This document shows positions 57,023 through 64,000 of a stretch of 64,000 nt of DNA, piece by piece; position 1 is the first letter of the stretch, and every line of letters starts with the position of its first letter. The notes under the pieces are model-generated. The model searched no databases, had not been told where the DNA came from, and worked only from the letters and a program-made list of their open reading frames with translations. The translations under genes were made by a program, and so were the position numbers. The DNA is taken from the NCBI RefSeq assembly GCF_001194135.2, contig NC_068999.1:50991456-51055455 (forward strand), written 5' to 3'. Source of the stretch: Octopus bimaculoides (Eukaryota).

Positions 57023-58132
57023 AAAGTAAGTTCTAGTAGTGCGCTGAGGGTGGATGTCAACTTATGTATATCTAGATATATAAAAACATGCGCGCGCACA
57101 CACACGCTCACACTCACACTCAGAAACACGTTCACTACATTCTGTTGCCTGGGACATATCTCTGAAAATCATCAGTGTCACTTTATAGTAAATCTTATAT
57201 TAAAATATTAAAATATACAATGCTGCGTCTGTGGCGTGATATAAGCTCACGACCTTTGGTTCCACAGACTGAAAATTTTGTGCGAATGAGCCAGATAAAT
57301 CTGACATTGATAAACACACAGGTAATAATATCTGAGAAGTAATGTTTAGATAGCAGTGATGTTATTGAAAGTCTATTAAATCAAAGCGATAATTGCCATG
57401 ATATTAGCAGCGTGTACACATGAGTAGGTAAGATGACTATTTAGAGGAATATATCCGGAGATATAGAGAGCGAGAGAGAGAGAGACAGAAAGAGACAGAG
57501 ACGGACAGAGACAGAAAACGAAAGAGACATAAGAAAGGGGAAAAATTGCAAGGGAGGAATGAAGAATGGGAAAGAGAGAATAAGGGATGAAGGAGAGAGT
57601 GAGTGAAAGAAAGAAGACGATAGTTTAATTGAACAATTTCACATTCTCACTGATGGAAATTTCCACTTTAATGAAATTTAATTAAAATATAATTATCGTT
57701 ATTGTAGCGGAATTTATAGATTGCGGATATTAGTCGCTATGTTTATATCCTTTTATATCCTTCTAATAAATTAAGGCTTTACCATTTGATGGTATCTCCT
57801 CCCTCTTTCTCTCATACTCTGATTCTATGTCTATTTCTTTGTTCATATTCTCTCTTCAGACTTCTCCTGCATTCTATTTCTCATCCATTCTTCCTATACC
57901 TACACCCATCCACACGCCATTATTTCATATCTGTATTCCTCGCCAATTAATAATAAGGTAGATCATTTATTAATATGGGAAAATATTGCAAATGGCGTGG
58001 GCTATGAGCGTGATCAACGATATGTATAATTTGTGGTGTCGATAAACTTATACGATAATACGTATGTCATAGACCACTATGTATGTATGTATGTATGTAT
58101 GTATATATGTACGTAAGTATGTATGCATGTAT

Positions 58133-58375
58133 GTCATTATTCGGTTTTATTTCAAGAATTGTTGCCAATAGAGAAAGAGCCGGTTTCTAACCAAGGTCCA
58201 AGGCTCCGTCATTGGAATTTCATAAACATCAACAGGGTATCGGTGTAGGTATGTAGTATCTATGTTATTATTCGGTTTTATTTCCCTATTTCTGGCCAAT
58301 AGAGAAAAAGCCGGTTTCTAATCTGGATCCAAGGCTCCTTCATTGGAATTTGAACATCAACAACAGTGTATTTTT
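58133..58375 (+). repeat. Head-to-tail dimer of the ~110-bp (GTAT)n-linked repeat (58133-58240, 58264-58375)
   Basis: Both units read g.t.attattcggttttatttc...gccaatagagaaa.agccggtttctaa....gg.tccaaggctcc.tcattggaattt..aacatcaaca. The dimer is flanked on both sides by (GTAT)n. Confidence 0.88.
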
Positions 58376-58579
58376 GTTTGTATGTATGTATGTATGTATG
58401 TATGTATGTATGCAGATTTTTGCAGTTCTAGTGATAGAATGGATCTGTAATCTTCGAATTAGCTTTCTCCTTTCTGGTTTTGAGAAGCCTAATTTCAGCA
58501 TCATGCCCTAGCTACAGCATCATGTCTTATCAATAGATAATACCGTGATGACATTTTCGGAGAACTACTTATGATGTGG

Positions 58580-58718
58580 GTCACCACCCCCTACTGGAGC
58601 CTCGTGTAGCTTTAGGTGTTTTTGCTCAATAAACACTCACAACGCCCGGCCTGAGAATCGAAACCACGTCCCTACGACCACGAGTCCGCTGCCTTAACCA
58701 CTGGGCCATTGCATCTCC
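58580..58718 (-). mobile_element. SINE-C 5' (tRNA-like head) fragment
   Basis: ggagcctcgtgtagctttaggtgtttttgctcaataaacactcacaacgcccgg..tgagaatcgaaacc...gagtccgctgccttaaccactgggccattg matches the 14428 copy. Confidence 0.88.
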
Positions 58719-58884
58719 ACGCGTCAAGTCATAGAGCATAGCTGTTTGAGTTTTACTAGCAGTAACTCTGCAGATGTGGAAGTAATTACCTTTCCAATTT
58801 GGAACCTCGTTTGGCTTTTGAAATGAAAGAACAAGAATATAAATTACATAATAGGATGTGATATTAACAAATAGGCGGAGGTAT

Positions 58885-59030
58885 GGTTGTATGTTTACAA
58901 TGTTAGTTGTACAAACACGTAGTTTCAGCTTCAGTCCCATTGCGCGGCGACTTTGGAAAGTGTCCTCTAACATTGACTCAAGCCGATCAATGCCTTGTGA
59001 ATAAATTTGGTTGACGGAATTTGCGTAGAA
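58885..59030 (+). mobile_element. SINE-A, old diverged 5' half
   Basis: ttcagtcccattgcgcggcgactttggaaagtgtc...gccgatcaatgccttgtgaataaatttggttgacggaa. Confidence 0.65.
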
Positions 59031-59139
59031 TAACCAATATCACAACATTACCTCTGGGCGAAACACTCGTCCGTTACAGGGTTTCTGAATCAGCAATTTT
59101 GAATTAGGAGGGGACTTTTATATTACACAAAATACGTAA

Positions 59140-59240
59140 CCTCGGTAGGATTTGAAATTAGAAAGTTAAAAATACTGAAGAAATACCACTAAGTATTTTA
59201 TTCGACGTACGGACGATTCCGCCAGCTCAACGCCTTAGAG
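59140..59240 (-). mobile_element. SINE-B head, diverged
   Basis: Reverse complement aaggcgttgagctggcggaatcgt...aaatacttagtggtatttc...ttcaaatcctaccgagg. Confidence 0.65.
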
Positions 59241-61765
59241 ATATTTAATATGAACAAGAACTTATGTATCTCAGTAACATTGAACGGCTTGTGAAGGTCG
59301 TGAACATTAATTCCTTTCATTCCAACTGAACCTTAAACAAAATTCGACAGCCTGGAATCAACGAATAGTGATTTTAATCAGAAAATTAACTATAAAATTG
59401 TAAAGTAGTGTTTGCGTAGTCTGCAGCGTTTACGTTATATTAAATGCCATATTAATTGCTATCTCGATTACAGATGGCCGGACTCGAAAACTAGAATCAT
59501 ATAATGAGGTGTAGTACACACGAACCGCCGTATCATGCCATGTGAGAGTGTATTTTTCGTCATATTTATAATGGTAACCTTATCTGTATTATTACTATTA
59601 TGAATAGTAATCGACTTTAAAACATTAACAGTAGAAAAATTAGTATTCGTTGTTGTTGTCATAAACTAGTAGTGGTGATAATAAACGTATCACGTTACGA
59701 GCGCTCGCAAAAAATAGAAATATGCATACCATAATTAAAATTTAATCGAAACATAAAATGAAAACAAATCCAGAAATACAAATAAAGATGGCTACTTTGA
59801 TTGATATTCAGTTAAATAGAGATATCGATTAAACAAAGACAGTGTTAAAGACACAGAATTTATCCACAACCATACAACTGCATTAACAACATATATTCAC
59901 ATTCAACAATTAGCGTTTAATTAAACAATCATAATGTTCCGAATTCTAAACTCTATATGGAAGCCGGTTGTAGGAAATATTTTTTATTACATTTAAACAA
60001 TGAATGACTCGGAAAATCAGATTTAGTCAGAAGATCCAATGTGATCTGCTACTAGTGTATCGTGTCTTCTAATAAAGGGTGTTTTATTGTCAAGCCTTTC
60101 GGGATCTAAACTTGCAATTTTGATCTAAGGTCACACACTGGTGTGTGGCACGGGGTAGACACCCTAGCTGAACGAAAGCTACATCATCTATACAAGGGCA
60201 GATGATATTCTAGCATGCCTAGAAATCGTTCAGAATCCCATTGACTGATTAATGAGTTAAGTACTTCTGAATTCTTTCATATCCCTTTACAAAGACGTCT
60301 CACTCTCTCTCATGCATCGACCTTATCTTTCCTATTACCCAGGTACGCCACGTGTGAAATAAAGAACATGATAAGTGCGAAGACCATGAAAGATGGTTCA
60401 AATCGGTCCTGGACAGGAAAATCATATCGCTGTCACTGTCGGATAGAATCGATATTATTCAATATCAGTCGTCAGAAGATTAATCCAGATACTCAATCCC
60501 TCTTCCATAGATCTCCCTCTGCTGGTGAATATATATTTATTTCTCCACAGACAGATTCTGTATGTGTGAAACAAAACAATATCGACTAATGTAATTTCAG
60601 AGCGATATATTAGTACTAAAGCTTATGTAAACCAAGTCCAAAACGGTTTAGTAAATATCATTATCTTACGCGCTTTCTTCAGTCTACAAAGCTTAATTTA
60701 CGAAATATTCGCAAGTTGGAGAAAATTTCCGAAGCTCTAGGTGTGGAATCGAACCCAATATTGTGCAACTTGGGAATAACTCGCTTAAATTGTACGATTA
60801 CCCATACTACAAACATTGAGCATTATGGATAATAAGAGGGAGCAAATTATATATGTAAAGTCAACTGCATGCATATATGTTGAATCAATATATGTAGATA
60901 TGTTGAATCCTTAAAAAATTGTCACAATGCCTAATATTATGAGATAAAAAATAATTAAGCTCTTGCTAATGAAAAGAAAGTACGAATTGTTCGTCCTTTC
61001 TTTTTGCAGAACTCTCATTTAACCTTTATTCGATTCAGGGCTCTCAAACAAGAGACTATACATAAATCCCAGTTCTTTCCGTGCACTTTAATGTTCGCGC
61101 TTTTATGCGCTGGTATAAGCAGCAACTGGCCCGGAAAAACACGAAGAAAAGAAAAGAAATCGGGGAAAACTTTCAATATATCAGCCATTTTGGTGTATGT
61201 CATTCCAATCTAAAGTTCAATTTTTGAGAAAAATTATAATTACTTTTATTTTCATTTTCTTCTGTGTAAACGATTATTTCGAATATATGCAAATACATTC
61301 TTGAATTAGCTTTTCACTGTGAATAAATTTACTTGTAATTATTTCCATCGATGTTGTTAGGGTGTATTGCGGTAAGTGCAAATAGGAAAAACATATTCTT
61401 CAACAACAGATACGAGGAAGAATAGAGTTGAGGGTACAGGAAGTATCATATATCTCTCAGTAAGGGTTGTATATCGCCATTTACGTCGAAGTCTGTGAGT
61501 TAAAAGCTATTTTCTCTGGCACTGAAGAAGATAACATCGAAATATCTTGTGTTTAAGTCATTTGTATCTATTTTTATCAGGAGTGACATTTCTAATTAAC
61601 ATTAATTCCGTGAAATATTCACGGGCCCAACTAGTATGAATAAAAGTACTGACATCATCATATTTACACTCCTAATATGTGTTGTGTATGTGTTGTGTAT
61701 ACGTGTGTGTACTTATGCATGTATATGTATGTAAATATAAAAACATAGATAGATTGATAGATAAG

Positions 61766-61861
<96 letters not shown>

Positions 61862-61862
<1 letters not shown>

Positions 61863-61985
61863 CTTGTACTTGTTACAGGTATTTGATTGCTGCCAGTTTG
61901 GAGCACCACCTTAATCGAACAAACTGACCCCAGAACTTATTCTTTGTAAGCCTAGTACTTATTTTATCACTCGCTTTTACCGATA
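61862..61985 (-). mobile_element. SINE-A 3' part
   Basis: Reverse complement ...ataagtactaggcttacaaagaataagttctggggtcagtttgttcgattaaggtggtgctccaaactggc...aacaagtacaagaa matches 56900-57010. Confidence 0.8.
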
Positions 61986-64000
61986 ACATACAAGGTTGCT
62001 TCACTGCCTGATTAGACATCGACTCCTACAAACTTGTTTTTGTGTGTTCATGTTATTTTATTAGAACAGCTATCATGCATTGTCAATAAGATAAGGGTAT
62101 TATTTTATCGAAGCAATGTGACTTGTGCCTATTAGTACCATCTAGAAAACGAATGCTGAATTTTAGTGATAGGTACCGATAGATACTTTTGACGAGTATA
62201 ATTCTCATTCTCCATTTTACACGGTGTTGTATTGTATTTTCTTGTCTCGTTTATAGAAAGCAACTGCAAAAAACTTGCTGCTGTTTCCTAAAATATTGAC
62301 AAGGCATCATAGCTGTTATAATGTAATAACATGGACGCACAAAAATATGTCTGTCAATGGACATAAGTTACGAGAAAAACAATGGCAATTACCAAAGGAA
62401 AGCAATCCAAATGCATCACCCATTATGCTATGCATATATATATNNNNNNNNNNNNNNNNNNNNNNNNNNNNNNNNNNNNNNNNNNNNNNNNNNNNNNNNN
62501 NNNNNNNNNNNNNNNNNNNNNNNNNNNNNNNNNNNNNNNNNNNNNNNNNNNNNNNNNNNNNNNNNNNTATATATATATATATATATGTATGTATATGTGT
62601 GTGTGTATGTGTATATGTATAAGTGTGTGTATCTGTGAGTGTGTCTTTATGTGCGCGCTAATGGGTATGAATGACGATGAATGCATTTATACATGTACAT
62701 ACGTACAGGCACACATGTATGTATAAATATATATATGCATGTGTACATAATAGATACATACATATATACATACATAAAACAGCATCTGTGCTCGTTAATT
62801 CATTGTTCTGCGTACCGTATAAGGGAAACAATTTCACGGATGTTTTCGTTCGGAGTATAATCAATTTCGGATCACGAATCAAGGCAAGTAAAGGGTTAAT
62901 TTGATTGCTATTATAGAAAATGAATAGTATACATACGCAGAGGCTGATATTGAAAGTTGGCTGTCTAAAAAGAACTCGATTAATATCCAAATCACAATTA
63001 TCGGGAAAACGCCCAGCAGTAACCACAGGAAAATCTTATACATGTGCACGCGCGTATGTGTTCGTGTTTGAGTGTCTATTTTTGCGTATATCTTTTCGTT
63101 CATATTTTATTCTGTTGTCCGTGCCAGTCATTGATTTGTGGTCATACTGGGACATAAGCTGTAAGGTTTTAGTCGAACGAATCGCCCTAGGACTTACTTT
63201 TGTGTCAAAGCTATCCACATTGTTTTCCATTTTTTGTTAAACTGATAATGTTACTACGAAGCAAAGCAAAAGAACACCGTTTGGTCGTCGAGTGGTATGA
63301 GACACATCACAAATAAATGGCGTTCGCGAACCTCCGCAAACACAGCTCCAAACCTAGCATTGCACACATTTTAATCTGACAAGACAAGGGACAGATTTGC
63401 ACACAAACGCTTGTTACTGCCATCGTTAATCTGTTGGTATGTCAGTGTTTTCTGTTTGGAGAAGAACAAAAGCATGCCATGTCCTTGAAAGCTTTTGAGT
63501 TTGATAAGTAACCGCTGGGTGCAGACGAATCGATTCACCTGTATCTTTGCAGATATGGATTGACCCAATCACATATGTAGAGACAATTTGCGTCGATTAC
63601 CTTCGTACACTACGATTCTAATAGTACCTTCTGAGAATATTTGTGGTGATGGCCCTGTTGGATAAAATCCCAGTGATTTTAATACTGTTTTCTCTCCAAT
63701 AGAGCTGGAAAATTCCAGCCAGGGCTCACCTCCCCATCCCAAATTTACGCAGAAAATATTTTGCAATACTTAGAAAACTGACAATATTTAATGACTACGT
63801 TCCGCACATAGGCAACAATCAATATCTATACATTTCATTTCTTGCATTAGCATTATATCTACGTGAAACAATTATAAACAATTTAATTAGTTTGAAGAGA
63901 GTAATACACTAATAAAATTTTCTCAAATACCCTTCACATGCTTCATATCCGATCGCTGTTCAAATCTGTGCTTGTGTGCTTCTGCTTCCATTATATATAT

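Larger units (their letters stand above)
56345..57065 (+). mobile_element. SINE-B split by an insertion: 5' part ~56345-56435, 3' part ~57023-57065
   Basis: Left part aagttcaaattcagccaaggtcggctttacctgtcatcatttcgggatcgata stops where the other copies continue aaataagtaccag. Right part aagtaagttctagtagtgcgctgagggtggatgtcaactta is a diverged match to that continuation (compare 35895: aaataagcaccagtcgagcactgag; 35700: accagctggacactggggtagat). Confidence 0.6.

Noticed and set aside
61521-61546. CTGAAGA-agataacatc-GAAATATC, similar to minimal Penelope-type hammerheads
   Set aside because: The closing pair of stem II is A-C, stem I does not form, and I recognised no Penelope RT or GIY-YIG sequence nearby.
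63601-63704. Minus-strand 104-nt open segment SIGEKTVLKSLGFYPTGPSPQIFSEGTIRIVVYE between ccAG and G|GTAATC
   Set aside because: Weak polypyrimidine tract, no recognised homology and no partner exons. Such segments are expected by chance in 64 kb.

Overview
Eukaryotic, AT-rich, repeat-dense genomic DNA with no recognisable host protein-coding gene. It is probably intergenic or lies within a large intron. The SINE families, the 5S rRNA sequence and the very high microsatellite load resemble cephalopod (Octopus-like) DNA; this is recognition from memory, not a database result. Nearly all ORFs in the supplied track are microsatellite or N-gap artefacts. Supportable content: three recurring tRNA-derived SINE families (labelled A, B and C here), several decayed Tc1/mariner transposase fragments, a 3' fragment of an RTE-clade LINE (27791-28560, minus), a 5'-truncated R4/Dong-type element with a restriction-like endonuclease sitting in a (TAA)n tract (15878-16420), a fold-back/MITE (38041-38301), and a ~110-bp repeat tied to (GTAT)n tracts. 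The most notable structure is a full-length 5S rRNA copy (56438-~56557) with no oligo-T terminator, fused head-to-tail to a full-length SINE-A. The whole unit appears to be inserted at one point inside an older SINE-B, which fits a template-switch retro-chimera or a 5S-headed composite SINE.
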